Origin: Candidatus Saccharimonadota bacterium
Lineage (GTDB): Bacteria > Patescibacteriota > Saccharimonadia > Saccharimonadales > UBA4665
Assembly (NCBI GenBank): GCA_016699935.1
Contig: CP064992.1
Coordinates: 150,001 to 182,000, forward strand
Reading direction: 5' to 3'
Length of the DNA stretch: 32,000 bases
Position numbers and translations under genes: made by a program. This document shows positions 1-9,014 of the stretch, in pieces. The notes under the pieces are model-generated. The model had not been told where the DNA came from. It worked only from the letters and a program-made list of their open reading frames with translations, and ran no database searches. How positions within the stretch are numbered: the first letter of the stretch is position 1; every line of letters begins with the position of its first letter.

Positions 1-87
1 GCTGGAAAAATTTGTGTACTTTTTCTGACAAAATATAGCCTTTTGTAAATCACCAATGCCTTTATTTTCAGTTTGTTGCTTATTCAT
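1..87 (-). CDS. Partial CDS (first 29 codons, MNKQQTENKGIGDLQKAIF...) running off the left edge. Function unknown.
   Basis: ATG at 87-85 on the minus strand, 3 nt downstream of the trhO stop. Open to the window edge. No family recognised. Confidence 0.2.
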   Translation of the reverse strand, partial: MNKQQTENKGIGDLQKAIFCQKKYTNFSS

Positions 88-89
88 GA

Positions 90-635
90 TTATGAGAAAT
101 CGCTCGAATATTTTTTTTCAGATATATTTTTGAGACACTTGGCTGAGTGATATAACTTGGTGGGATCTTTGAGACAAGTTTCGCATATTAGGACGAGGTC
201 ATTGCAGGCGGGGTTGGCGCAGTTTTCGTAGTTACTGGTTTTGCCGCCGCAGTGGATACACTCGCCGATGACTTTTGAGTGGTCACTAAAGTTCATGCCC
301 ATTCGGCCGTCGAAAACATACAGCTGGCCTTCCCAAAGACCGTCATCGCCGTAAGCCTCACCGTATTTCACTATGCCACCGTCTATCTGATAGACGTCTT
401 TGAAACCGCGCTGTTTCATCATGGCACTGAGCAGTTCGCAGCGGACGCCGCCAGTGCAGTAAGAAATCACCTTTTTGTCCTTTAGCTCGTCGTATTTGCC
501 ACTTTCCAGTTCACGTTTAAAGTCTCGTGAAGTTCGTGTGTCTGGCACGACGGCGTTTTTGAAACGCCCAATTTTGGCTTCGTACTGGTTGCGGCCATCG
601 AAAAACACGACGTCATCACCGTATTTTTCGACCAT
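90..635 (-). CDS. trhO: tRNA uridine(34) hydroxylase TrhO (rhodanese-domain protein YceA/UPF0176), C-terminal fragment of a frameshifted gene
   Basis: Rhodanese active-site loop CTGGVRCE and a Cys-rich C-terminal tail (CIHCGG...CANPACN...CETC). The frame joins the 776-1003 fragment through 636-775 (..[40 protein letters not shown]..) after one-base shifts. Confidence 0.85.
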   Translation of the reverse strand: MVEKYGDDVVFFDGRNQYEAKIGRFKNAVVPDTRTSRDFKRELESGKYDELKDKKVISYCTGGVRCELLSAMMKQRGFKDVYQIDGGIVKYGEAYGDDGLWEGQLYVFDGRMGMNFSDHSKVIGECIHCGGKTSNYENCANPACNDLVLICETCLKDPTKLYHSAKCLKNISEKKYSSDFS

Positions 636-775
636 GGCGTTAACCTGCTCTGGTTTCAGGTGAGGTCCTGTACCTACAACTCCTTTTCATCGACTTCTAT
701 TTCTTCCCATGTTTCAAAAGCTACTAGCTCTTTTTGACCTTGACCTGCATACGCGGAAAATTATCGCTTCCACCA

Positions 776-1003
776 TCACTCCATTTCCATAGGATATCTT
801 TGAATCCCGGATACTCTTTTGTTTTTTTCTACATATATTTTGAGATCCTCGATGTCCCCGCCCACTGTTCCATTGATACCCTGCTTACTCACAAGTATGC
901 GACCATGCAAATTGAGCGAGTCACACAATGTTTTCTGCCAAAGCTTCAGCAGCTCAGGGTCTTTAACTGGGGTAAACTTGTAGTAGAGTAATATCTTTTC
1001 CAT
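776..1003 (-). CDS. trhO: TrhO N-terminal fragment (MEKILLYYKFTPVKDPE...GRILVSKQGINGTVGG)
   Basis: Canonical TrhO N-terminus (LLYYKF..P, GRILV..EGINGT). Likely start is the ATG at 1003, which is M7 of the 776-1021 ORF. Frame breaks sit at the T7 run 822-828 and the T5 run 731-735. Confidence 0.75.
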   Translation of the reverse strand: MEKILLYYKFTPVKDPELLKLWQKTLCDSLNLHGRILVSKQGINGTVGGDIEDLKIYVEKNKRVSGIQRYPMEME

Positions 1004-1010
1004 CCACCCC

Positions 1011-1016
1011 ATTATA
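1011..1016 (-). promoter_or_regulatory. Candidate -10 box (TATAAT on the minus strand) 7 nt upstream of the trhO ATG. Possible leaderless transcript.
   Basis: Minus strand reads tgggTATAATggggtggATG. The spacing places a predicted start at or next to the ATG. Confidence 0.25.
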
Positions 1017-1042
1017 CCCAACCCTGAAGAAATGACAGCATG

Positions 1043-1084
1043 CTCCTATCTATGCTCAGGACAGTCCTTGAGCATAGATAGGAG
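1043..1084. promoter_or_regulatory. Perfect 16-bp inverted repeat (CTCCTATCTATGCTCA N10 TGAGCATAGATAGGAG) in a divergent intergenic region. Operator or stem-loop candidate.
   Basis: Arms at 1043-1058 and 1069-1084 are exact reverse complements, followed by TTTT on the plus strand. No upstream plus-strand gene for it to terminate. Confidence 0.4.
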
Positions 1085-1093
1085 TTTTGCTGA

Positions 1094-1428
1094 ATGGTAT
1101 TGCTATCGTACAATATGCTTATGGCACATGACGATGATGCAGACGAGTTTCTCGGAATCACGTTTATTTCCACGGTGATAACCACTCAAAGACTCCTGTT
1201 TCGGAACAGTCTGATGAGACAAAACCTGCAAAAACGAAACAACATACGAAACGAACGCATGATGAGGCTGATGAAATCAAAGCGCTCCAGGAAGAAATTA
1301 TACGGCTAGAAAACACCCTGCAGATATACGAACTGGAAACTGAAGAACGATTAAAGCACCTCGAACGGCTGGCTGGCCATCCTCTTACCGCCGAAGAAAA
1401 GGTCTACCGCATACAGGAAAGTGCTTAG
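1094..1428 (+). CDS. Small hypothetical protein with a charged, coiled-coil-like C-terminal half. Frameshifted.
   Basis: GGAG lies 10 nt upstream of the ATG at 1094. The 71-aa ORF changes frame near 1175 into a start-less open frame (1138-1428) encoding ..DETKPAKTKQHTKRTHDEADEIKALQEEIIRLENTLQIYELETEERLKHLERLAGHPLTAEEKVYRIQESA. Confidence 0.3.
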
Positions 1429-1746
1429 TTATCCCACCCGGGATCTCATTATTACTGATATACTTTTCGCTTCATTTTGTTATTGCATTCTATGAACAGG
1501 GGTGATATAGTTGTATGAATTACAAACGTAACGGAAAGGGCGCTAAATACATGATAGATACAGTTTTCGGCAGCAAAGAGAGCGCCATTTTCGTTGGCGT
1601 TTGAACTCTCAAGCTAAAAGAGGCACGTGATTAGGGTGGTAGCAAAGCGTAATCGCAAATCATAGTTCGCCGACCAAAGCTTTCGCACGAATGAAGATAG
1701 CTATACACTAGGTATAAGCATGGTCGACCAAAGGAGGGTCGAACCT

Positions 1747-3537
1747 ATGAAAAAAGCAAGAAAAAAACAAGATGACGGCATGAAGGTAGCAATACGCTAC
1801 TATCTTGGATGCGTCCAAAAATACCCACGTTATATATGGGGCGTAGTATTCGTTATGCCTTTAACATCTCTTTTTGGCCGCTACATTCCACCGCTCATTT
1901 TGGCCAATGTAATCAACCAGTTGACATCGAAACAAAAAATTGACGGTCTATGGGCAACTTTTGGAGATGAAGTATTACTTTACATCCTGGTACTGCTTAT
2001 CGGCATTGCACTGTGGCGTGGAGTTGATTATTTCATGTGGCGTCTTGAGCAAAATATCCGCCAAGATATTTCCGAACAGGTCTTTCGCCACCTGCTAGCT
2101 CAAAGCCTAGATTTTCATGCCAATAACTTTAGTGGCTCACTGGTTTCGCAAACGAATAAGCTTATCAACGGTTATATCCGTGTTCAGGACAGCACAATTT
2201 ACCAAGTCTACCCGATGATGTGGGGCTTTGTCTGGGCAATACTAATCCTGACCCCAAAAGCTCCACTTTATTCGCTGTTTCTAGGAGTTCTCATACTGGT
2301 TTTCCTATCGGTTTCGATGTTGCTGGCTCGTGGAATATACCAGCATTTAGCCCGCGCTGCAGCCGCCGAAAGCCACGAAACAGGTCAGTTAGCTGACGCC
2401 ATTACCAACATTGGCGTAATAAAAAGCTTTGCTCGTCGTAACTTCGAAACTCACCGTTTCCATGAGGCAACAGCCACGACGCGCCATTACATACGGCTTT
2501 TTGCTCGTGCTCACCAGCGGCAGATGAATATTATGGGAGTGTTGAACCGTACCATCATCGGCGGTTCACTGGTAATTGCGCTGATTTCTGTCGTACACCA
2601 TGGTGCCAATATTGGTACAGCCTTTCTAATCTTTAGCTACACGGCGTCTATAGCCGAGCAGCTTTTTGAGTTTGGTAACGCAACCTTGAGGTCCTACAAC
2701 CGTGCTCTCAGTGACGCCCGAGAAATGGCCACTAAGCTCAATCAGGAGCCAACCGTCAAAGACCCAAGGACGCCAGAAGAGCTAGCAATTCGTGATGGAC
2801 ACATCGAATTTCAAGCAGTAACTTTCATTCACAGTGGAGCTGATGATGCTATTTTCGAAAAGTTCAATCTAGCAATAAAACCAGGTGAAAAAATCGGACT
2901 GGTTGGTCATAGCGGTTCGGGCAAGACCACATTTACCAGACTCCTGCTCAGATTTTCCGACATACAAGACGGCGCCATCCGCATCGATGGCCAGGACATA
3001 TCGCAGATAACCCAAGAGGATCTTCACTCTACCATTGCCTACGTACCTCAGGAACCGCTGCTCTTTCACCGCTCAATCACTGAAAATATTGCCTACGGCA
3101 AATTGGATGCCGATGAAGCTGCCATAAAGACGGCCGCCAAGTTCGCTCACGCGCATGATTTCATTCGCTCATTACCAAAGGGATATGATACTCTCGTCGG
3201 TGAGCGCGGCGTGAAACTCAGTGGTGGGCAACGGCAGCGCATTGCTATAGCTCGGGCCATGCTAAAAGATGCACCAATATTAGTTCTAGACGAAGCGACA
3301 TCAGCACTCGACAGTGAAAGCGAAGTGCTCATTCAGGATGCCCTGTGGAAGCTTATGGAAGGCCGCACAACAATCGTCATCGCCCACCGCCTCAGCACTA
3401 TCCAAAAGATGGATCGAATAGTCGTGCTAGACGAAGGTCGGATAGTCGAAGAAGGCACCCACCGTGAGCTGCTTTCCCGCAAAGGCACCGACGCCAAACT
3501 CTGGGCCCACCAAAGCGGAGGGTTCATCGATGAGTGA
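1747..3537 (+). CDS. ABC exporter, fused permease/ATPase subunit 1 (MsbA/type I exporter-like)
   Basis: Six-TM N-terminal half, then Walker A GHSGSGKTT, signature LSGGQRQR and Walker [20 protein letters not shown] at 1731-1737 favours the ATG at 1747 over the ORF-track start at 1720. Confidence 0.9.
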   Translation: MKKARKKQDDGMKVAIRYYLGCVQKYPRYIWGVVFVMPLTSLFGRYIPPLILANVINQLTSKQKIDGLWATFGDEVLLYILVLLIGIALWRGVDYFMWRLEQNIRQDISEQVFRHLLAQSLDFHANNFSGSLVSQTNKLINGYIRVQDSTIYQVYPMMWGFVWAILILTPKAPLYSLFLGVLILVFLSVSMLLARGIYQHLARAAAAESHETGQLADAITNIGVIKSFARRNFETHRFHEATATTRHYIRLFARAHQRQMNIMGVLNRTIIGGSLVIALISVVHHGANIGTAFLIFSYTASIAEQLFEFGNATLRSYNRALSDAREMATKLNQEPTVKDPRTPEELAIRDGHIEFQAVTFIHSGADDAIFEKFNLAIKPGEKIGLVGHSGSGKTTFTRLLLRFSDIQDGAIRIDGQDISQITQEDLHSTIAYVPQEPLLFHRSITENIAYGKLDADEAAIKTAAKFAHAHDFIRSLPKGYDTLVGERGVKLSGGQRQRIAIARAMLKDAPILVLDEATSALDSESEVLIQDALWKLMEGRTTIVIAHRLSTIQKMDRIVVLDEGRIVEEGTHRELLSRKGTDAKLWAHQSGGFIDE

Positions 3538-3603
3538 CGCACAAAAAGGTAAGCCGGCACCAAACTCCCTGTTCGGAAAGCGCCGCCCAACAAGGCTGAA
3601 AGA

Positions 3604-5193
3604 GTGCACCTCATTTCTCTACGGTCTTTGGTATTGTTCTGTCGACCGTATCGGTGGGGCATCATCTTCACTATGGGGATCATGATATTTTCGGCCGGGG
3701 TACTAATGTTTATCCCTGTTTTCATAGGGAAATTAGTCGGAACGGTTGCGCAGGATCCAGTCAATACACACGACGCGTGGTTTTACGCATGGATGCTTAT
3801 CGCCTGTAGCCTAGTCCACAACTTCACGTGGCGGGCAGGCGAATTCGCCTACCGGCAGTTCGTGAACCCGCTCAGTTTTCGATACGAAACTTACCTGTTC
3901 CAGGCGGTCATTTCGAAGCCATACCCGTACTTCGTCGATAAATTCACTGGCAAAATATCTTCGTACATATCTACTTTGCGAACAGAATTTCACAGCCTAT
4001 TCGATCAAGCAGCCTTTAACTACACAAGTTCTTTTATAAGCCTCGCTGCCATATTTTTCATCTTAAGTTCAATCAATTGGCAAACAGGGGTTGTTTTTGC
4101 CACAGGCATCCTTTGCATGCTCTTGGTCGGAAACTATACCCTGAAAAAGTATGGAGTATCAAAAGTCGAGACCGATGCCAACGCGACAAAAAATGGCCAC
4201 ATCATCGACGCAATCGCCAACTTTGCCAGCGTGAAAGCCTTTCGGACTGAAGCGAGAGATACGGACTATTGGTCACCAACGAGATACTACAATCACTGCC
4301 AGCCGCCGAGCAATACTATGGATAATCATATTTTGGGGAGCATGTCGGTCTTTGTCCGCGATTTTATTTGGCCCGTGGTGGTCATAATGAATCTAGTATT
4401 CTTCCTGAACGGCACCATTAGCTTAGCTGATTTTACGACGGTTCTTTCGACGGCACTGCTTTTCACGACAACCGTATGGGACGCCGTGTATAACATATCT
4501 CAGTTTGGCCTAACCATGGCAAAGACAGACGAGGCGCACACCTACCTTTTCGGGAATAATCTCGTCAGCCAAACAAAACAGCTCGCTGACTTCAAACAAG
4601 TAAAATTCAAAGACTCGTTTGAAGTACGCAACTTATCGTTCGCTTACCCAGACAAACCTGAAGCGACTGTGCTAGGAAACATATCGTTTACCCTAAAACA
4701 GGGTGAAAAACTTGGCATCGTTGGCCGCAGCGGCAGTGGCAAGAGCACCCTTACAAAATTACTCCTTGACCACTACGAAGTGCCGACTGGCGTGTTCTAT
4801 TTCGATGGTCAGGGCCTCGGCAGTGATTCTGTAGCTGCCAAAATGGCATTCGTACCCCAAGATACAACACTGTTTCATCGTAGTATTGCCGATAATATTG
4901 CCTACGCAGCGACCCATGAGGTTTCAAAAGAAGATATACGCCGGGCTGCCAGCGACGCAGAGGCTGATGAATTCATTACCAAGTTGTCAGATGGATATGA
5001 CACCCTGGTGGGTGAACGCGGGGTCAAACTAAGTGGCGGTCAAAGGCAACGAATAGCCATCGCCCGCGCTATATTGAAAGATGCACCAATACTAGTTTTG
5101 GATGAAGCAACCAGTTCGCTCGATAGCGAGAGCGAGCGCCATATCCAGAAAGCCCTCGAAAAATGTGGCAACATAAAACCGTCATTGCCATAG
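3604..5193 (+). CDS. ABC exporter, fused permease/ATPase subunit 2 (main fragment). Probable heterodimer partner of subunit 1.
   Basis: TMD followed by Walker [18 protein letters not shown] and [12 protein letters not shown]. An ATG at 3530 overlaps the upstream stop (ATGA) in another frame ([25 protein letters not shown]), so the true N-terminus may lie there with a shift near 3600. Confidence 0.85.
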   Translation: MHLISLRSLVLFCRPYRWGIIFTMGIMIFSAGVLMFIPVFIGKLVGTVAQDPVNTHDAWFYAWMLIACSLVHNFTWRAGEFAYRQFVNPLSFRYETYLFQAVISKPYPYFVDKFTGKISSYISTLRTEFHSLFDQAAFNYTSSFISLAAIFFILSSINWQTGVVFATGILCMLLVGNYTLKKYGVSKVETDANATKNGHIIDAIANFASVKAFRTEARDTDYWSPTRYYNHCQPPSNTMDNHILGSMSVFVRDFIWPVVVIMNLVFFLNGTISLADFTTVLSTALLFTTTVWDAVYNISQFGLTMAKTDEAHTYLFGNNLVSQTKQLADFKQVKFKDSFEVRNLSFAYPDKPEATVLGNISFTLKQGEKLGIVGRSGSGKSTLTKLLLDHYEVPTGVFYFDGQGLGSDSVAAKMAFVPQDTTLFHRSIADNIAYAATHEVSKEDIRRAASDAEADEFITKLSDGYDTLVGERGVKLSGGQRQRIAIARAILKDAPILVLDEATSSLDSESERHIQKALEKCGNIKPSLP

Positions 5194-5348
5194 CCCACCG
5201 GCTCAGCACGCTACGTCACATGGACAGGATAATCGTCATGGAAGATGGGCGCATCGTCGAGGAAGGTACTCACGCTGAGCTCCTAGCACAAGACGGCACC
5301 TACGCCAAACTCTGGTCCCACCAATCAGGAGGATTTATCGATGAATGA
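5163..5348 (+). CDS. ABC exporter subunit 2, C-terminal fragment (H-loop region [12 protein letters not shown]...)
   Basis: Continues 3604-5193 if the A5 run at 5159-5163 is read as A6. Its tail is near-identical in pattern to subunit 1 (GTHAELL...[15 protein letters not shown]). Confidence 0.85.
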   Translation: MWQHKTVIAIAHRLSTLRHMDRIIVMEDGRIVEEGTHAELLAQDGTYAKLWSHQSGGFIDE

Positions 5349-5355
5349 AGTGAAA

Positions 5356-5381
5356 ATGCCCCTCTTATAACGGAGGGGCAT
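5356..5381. terminator. Bidirectional rho-independent terminator between the convergent ABC and rplY genes
   Basis: 9-bp stem ATGCCCCTC / GAGGGGCAT with an 8-nt loop. A TTTTCA tract follows it on the minus strand, and TTTGAAA follows it on the plus strand. Confidence 0.6.
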
Positions 5382-5401
5382 TTGAAATCCCGAGTGAAAC
5401 T

Positions 5402-6085
5402 CTATTCTTTTGGAGCTTCTACTTCGGCGGTTGGGACCGCCTCGCCTTCGGCTGGTTCGGCGGCTGGTGCGGCCTCTTCGGCGTCGCCACCGGCTTCGTC
5501 GTTGGCAGCAGCAAGCGCACTTGGCTCAAAGACTGTTGCAAGGACATGTTCTGATCCGGTTTCCACCACAACGCCAGCCGGAATATCTAGGTCGGCTACG
5601 GTAATTTGGTCACCGACTGCCACAAGTTTTTCAGCGTCATAGGAAAGACTGTCTGGCAGGTCTTTTGGAAGAGCCTTAACCTCAACCGTGTCAAGCTGAG
5701 TAAGAACGATGAGGCCAGAACGCTCAGCCGGACTCGCTTCGTTGCCTTCGGCGAAACGTGGTGTAACAGGGATTTCTGCATCGACCTTCTGGTTGGCGCT
5801 AACGGCATTGAACACTACGTGTGTAATGGTGCCGAGGCGCGGATCAAACGCTGCACTCCGGATAAGTGTAGTGTATTTTTTATCGCCAACTTTTAGCTCG
5901 ACGGGGTGGTGGCGACCAGCCTGCTGAAACGCCTTCATGAGCGCCTGGTATTCAGCCTGGATGTGGATGGAATCCTTGCCATGATCATGGATAACCGCAG
6001 GCACAACGCCCGTTTTACGCAAGCGCTTCACACCCTTGCCGAGTGTTTCGCGTGGTTCTACTAGTAATGTAATAGCATCCGACAT
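5402..6085 (-). CDS. rplY: 50S ribosomal protein L25 / general stress protein Ctc, with an acidic Ala/Glu-rich C-terminal tail
   Basis: N-terminus ..RETLGKGVKRLRKTGVVPAVIHDHGKDSIHI.. and ..HPVELKVGDKKYTTLI.. match the bL25/Ctc fold pattern. AAGGAG lies upstream of the ATG. Confidence 0.85.
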   Translation of the reverse strand: MSDAITLLVEPRETLGKGVKRLRKTGVVPAVIHDHGKDSIHIQAEYQALMKAFQQAGRHHPVELKVGDKKYTTLIRSAAFDPRLGTITHVVFNAVSANQKVDAEIPVTPRFAEGNEASPAERSGLIVLTQLDTVEVKALPKDLPDSLSYDAEKLVAVGDQITVADLDIPAGVVVETGSEHVLATVFEPSALAAANDEAGGDAEEAAPAAEPAEGEAVPTAEVEAPKE

Positions 6086-6148
6086 TTTTTTCTCCTTATT
6101 TCAGAGAGTAATTGTAGCACATCGAACGGCGTATGACGAATGGGGCTG

Positions 6149-6291
6149 ACCCACACTCACTTATTTCTCGTTGTCATCCCGACACCCGCATCAAGTGCGG
6201 GGCAGGCCTCGTGGAGGGATCTCTTCGATGACAATATCATGGAGATCTTTCGACTGCGCTCAAGATGACAGCTCAAAAAGTGAGTGTGGGT
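6149..6291 (+). mobile_element. MITE-like repeat, copy 1 (143 bp) with terminal inverted repeats ACCCACACTCACTT...AAGTGAGTGTGGGT
   Basis: Near-identical to the reverse complement of 20351-20490. Internal hairpin CCCGCA-TCAAG-TGCGGG at 6185-6201. No coding capacity. Confidence 0.8.
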
Positions 6292-6295
6292 TAGC

Positions 6296-6331
6296 GAATG
6301 GGGAATGGATTATGAGGTATGAGGTATGGAG
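6296..6331. repeat. Heptanucleotide tandem repeats (GAATGGG GAATGGA .. TATGAGG TATGAGG TATGGAG) abutting the MITE copy
   Basis: Read directly from the sequence. Confidence 0.7.
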
Positions 6332-6389
6332 ATTGTTTTTGCATTATTCATCATACGCCATTCATCATTCATGCGATACAATAGTAGCT

Positions 6390-7043
6390 ATGCCCGATTT
6401 CATCGAAATAGTCCGCACTGGCGGTTTACCCATTTTGTTTTTAATTATTTTTGCCGAATCAGGGATGATGGTCGGATTTTTTTTCCCGGGCGATACGCTG
6501 CTTTTCAGCGCTGGCATACTTGCTGCCGCCGGTGTGCTACCGATATGGGTGACTGTAGCTGTTATCTCGGCCGCGGCTATTGCGGGTGATAACACCGGTT
6601 ACCATATAGGACGAAAGCTCGGACCACGCCTGTTCAAAAAGGAGGACGGACTTATCTTTCGCAAAGACCTAATCATGAAAGCCGAGAAATTTTACGAAAA
6701 ATACGGCACGAAAACAATGTTGGTTGCTCATTTTATACCAATCGTCCGCTCCTTTGCCCCAGTCACTGCCGGTGCGGGTAAAATGGACTACAAGCAATTT
6801 GCCGTATACGACGCAATAGGAGACATAGTCTGGGCAGCGAGCATCACGCTTCTTGGCTACTTTGTAGGTTCTCGCATACCCGGGGTAGAGCATTACATCG
6901 AGCCAGTCCTCATAGGCATCATCCTAGTCACCCTCATCCCCACCATTTACCACGCTCTGAAAGATCCCAAAATCCGTGCTTCACTCAAACAAAAAATCAC
7001 TCGCAGCGGCAAATCCCAGGTGAAACCCACGGAGAAAAAATAG
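6390..7043 (+). CDS. dedA: DedA-family (VTT/SNARE-associated domain) membrane protein
   Basis: FAESGMMVGFFFPGDTLLFSAG, HFIPIVRSFAPVTAG and multiple TM segments. The ATG at 6390 is the likely start because the upstream part of ORF 6171-7043 is repeat-derived. Confidence 0.8.
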   Translation: MPDFIEIVRTGGLPILFLIIFAESGMMVGFFFPGDTLLFSAGILAAAGVLPIWVTVAVISAAAIAGDNTGYHIGRKLGPRLFKKEDGLIFRKDLIMKAEKFYEKYGTKTMLVAHFIPIVRSFAPVTAGAGKMDYKQFAVYDAIGDIVWAASITLLGYFVGSRIPGVEHYIEPVLIGIILVTLIPTIYHALKDPKIRASLKQKITRSGKSQVKPTEKK

Positions 7044-7169
7044 CTATCCCGGGCAAATACTTACTTTTGATCGTTCAACATTGATCTTTGATCATTATTT
7101 TACCATTGATCAGGTAGCTTTTTGAGCAGCAACAGTAGATGTGTATACATGGAAAATTAATGCTCAAAC

Positions 7170-9014
7170 TTAAAGCATATGTTGAAGATATTTGCCTGTA
7201 TAGCTTGCTGTGACTTTCACGACCTGCTCGGGGGTTCCTTCGGCGACGATGGTGCCGCCGGCGTTGCCGCCTTCGGGTCCCATGTCTATCAGCCAATCAG
7301 CGCATTTGATAACGTCGAGATTGTGCTCGATAACTACCATGCTATTACCCGCTTGGACTAAGGCATGCAAAACGTGCAACAACTTTTCGACATCTGCCAT
7401 ATGCAAACCCGTGGTCGGTTCATCTAGAATATAGAGTGTGCGGCCTGTCGGACGGCGACTCAGTTCACTGGCCAGTTTTATGCGCTGAGCTTCGCCACCA
7501 CTGAGTGTTGTCGCCGGCTGACCGAGTGCAATGTAGCCCAGCCCGACATCGACCATGGTTTGTAGTTTGCGAGCAATGGCTGGTATGTTGGCAAAAAAAT
7601 CGAGTGCTTGCTCGCAGGTCATCTCCAGAACATCGCTGATAGTTTTGCCTTTGTAGTGGATGTCGAGCGCTTCGCGGTTATAGCGTTTGCCATGACAAAC
7701 CTCGCACGCCACATAGACATCGGGCAAAAAATGCATTTCAATTTTGATAATTCCATCGCCAGAACAGTTTTCGCAGCGTCCACCTTTGACATTAAAACTA
7801 AACCTACCAGGTGAATAGCCCCGTAGTTTGGCCTCTGGTACACTGGCAAATAATTCGCGAATGGGGGTAAACAGGCCAGTGTAAGTGGCTGGATTGGAGC
7901 GCGGCGTGCGTCCTATCGGTGACTGATCGATGATGATAGCTTTGTCGAGATGTTCGATACCTTGTATGTCGTCATGTCGACCAGGTACAGTGCTGGCATG
8001 GTGCAAACGAGCTTGCAGCTCTTTGGCAAGGATGTCATTTATCAAACTGGATTTGCCCGAACCGCTTACACCGCTAACAATGGTTAGAACTCCCAGTGGA
8101 ATGGCAACTGTAATATTTTGCAGATTGTTTTCACGGGCTCCTACTATACTTATAAATTTGCCATTGCCTTTCCGTCTTTTGGCGGGCACGGCAATCTTTC
8201 GCTCGCCGCTTAGGTATTGTCCGGTGATGCTTTGTGGTGTTTTTTCTACCTCACTTGGTGTACCATGTGCCACGACATAACCACCATGTACGCCAGCTCC
8301 TGGACCAATATCTAGCAGGTAGTCGGCGGTGCGGATGGTTTCTTCGTCGTGTTCAACCACCAAAACAGTATTACCAAGATCACGCAGGTGTTTGAGAGTA
8401 GCAATTAGTCGGCCATTGTCACGCTGGTGCAAGCCTATGCTGGGTTCGTCCAGGACATAGAGAACCCCCATCAGCCCAGATCCTATTTGCGTGGCCAGGC
8501 GTATTCGCTGTGCCTCTCCTCCACTCAAAGTTGTGGCGCCTCGCAGTAGCGTCAAATAGTTCAGCCCGACATCTTGCAAAAACTGCAAGCGAGCCGATAT
8601 TTCCTTGAGGATAAGTTTGGCAATATGCATTTCCTTGTCACTCAAACGCAGTGTTTTGAAATGCAATATGGCATCATCGATCGAAAGCTCACATATATCC
8701 ATAATCGATTTTTCGCCGATTGTAACCGCCAATACTTCTGGCTTGAGGCGTCGTCCCTCGCAAGCAGCACACGGTTTTTCCTGCATAAAGCGCTCGATAT
8801 CACGACGCATAAAGTCACTTTCAGTTTCTTTGTGACGACGCTCAAGGTTCGGGATTACTCCCTCGTAAGTGGTGTTGAAAGCGCGGTTGTGACCCAGGCT
8901 GACACGGTAAACTTCATCGCCCGTACCGTACATTATTCGCTGCATGTTTGCTGGGCTTATTTTGCCAGTCGGCTCGTGCAGGCTAAAACCATGTTTTTCA
9001 CCGACAGCCTGCAA
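7170..9014 (-). CDS. uvrA: Excinuclease ABC subunit UvrA, C-terminal two-thirds (frameshifted gene)
   Basis: Signature LSGGEAQR (twice), second Walker [10 protein letters not shown], and the zinc module CENCSGDG...CEVCHGKRY. Confidence 0.95.
   Translation of the reverse strand: MQAVGEKHGFSLHEPTGKISPANMQRIMYGTGDEVYRVSLGHNRAFNTTYEGVIPNLERRHKETESDFMRRDIERFMQEKPCAACEGRRLKPEVLAVTIGEKSIMDICELSIDDAILHFKTLRLSDKEMHIAKLILKEISARLQFLQDVGLNYLTLLRGATTLSGGEAQRIRLATQIGSGLMGVLYVLDEPSIGLHQRDNGRLIATLKHLRDLGNTVLVVEHDEETIRTADYLLDIGPGAGVHGGYVVAHGTPSEVEKTPQSITGQYLSGERKIAVPAKRRKGNGKFISIVGARENNLQNITVAIPLGVLTIVSGVSGSGKSSLINDILAKELQARLHHASTVPGRHDDIQGIEHLDKAIIIDQSPIGRTPRSNPATYTGLFTPIRELFASVPEAKLRGYSPGRFSFNVKGGRCENCSGDGIIKIEMHFLPDVYVACEVCHGKRYNREALDIHYKGKTISDVLEMTCEQALDFFANIPAIARKLQTMVDVGLGYIALGQPATTLSGGEAQRIKLASELSRRPTGRTLYILDEPTTGLHMADVEKLLHVLHALVQAGNSMVVIEHNLDVIKCADWLIDMGPEGGNAGGTIVAEGTPEQVVKVTASYTGKYLQHML

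Noticed and set aside
1515-1604. 29-codon ORF (MNYKRNGKGAKYMIDTVFGSKESAIFVGV) and nearby GGCGCT...AGCGCC / CGCCA-TTTTCGT-TGGCG stems in the 290-nt region upstream of the ABC genes, as a leader peptide or riboswitch
   Set aside because: It is too short and unsupported. I recognised no riboswitch consensus. It is worth an Rfam scan but not reportable as a feature.
6171-6389. N-terminal 73 codons of the 290-aa DedA ORF, and the 85-aa ORF at 20310-20567 (minus strand)
   Set aside because: Both read through the MITE copies (shared peptide TISWRSFDCAQDDSSKSECG). DedA homology starts at the ATG at 6390.
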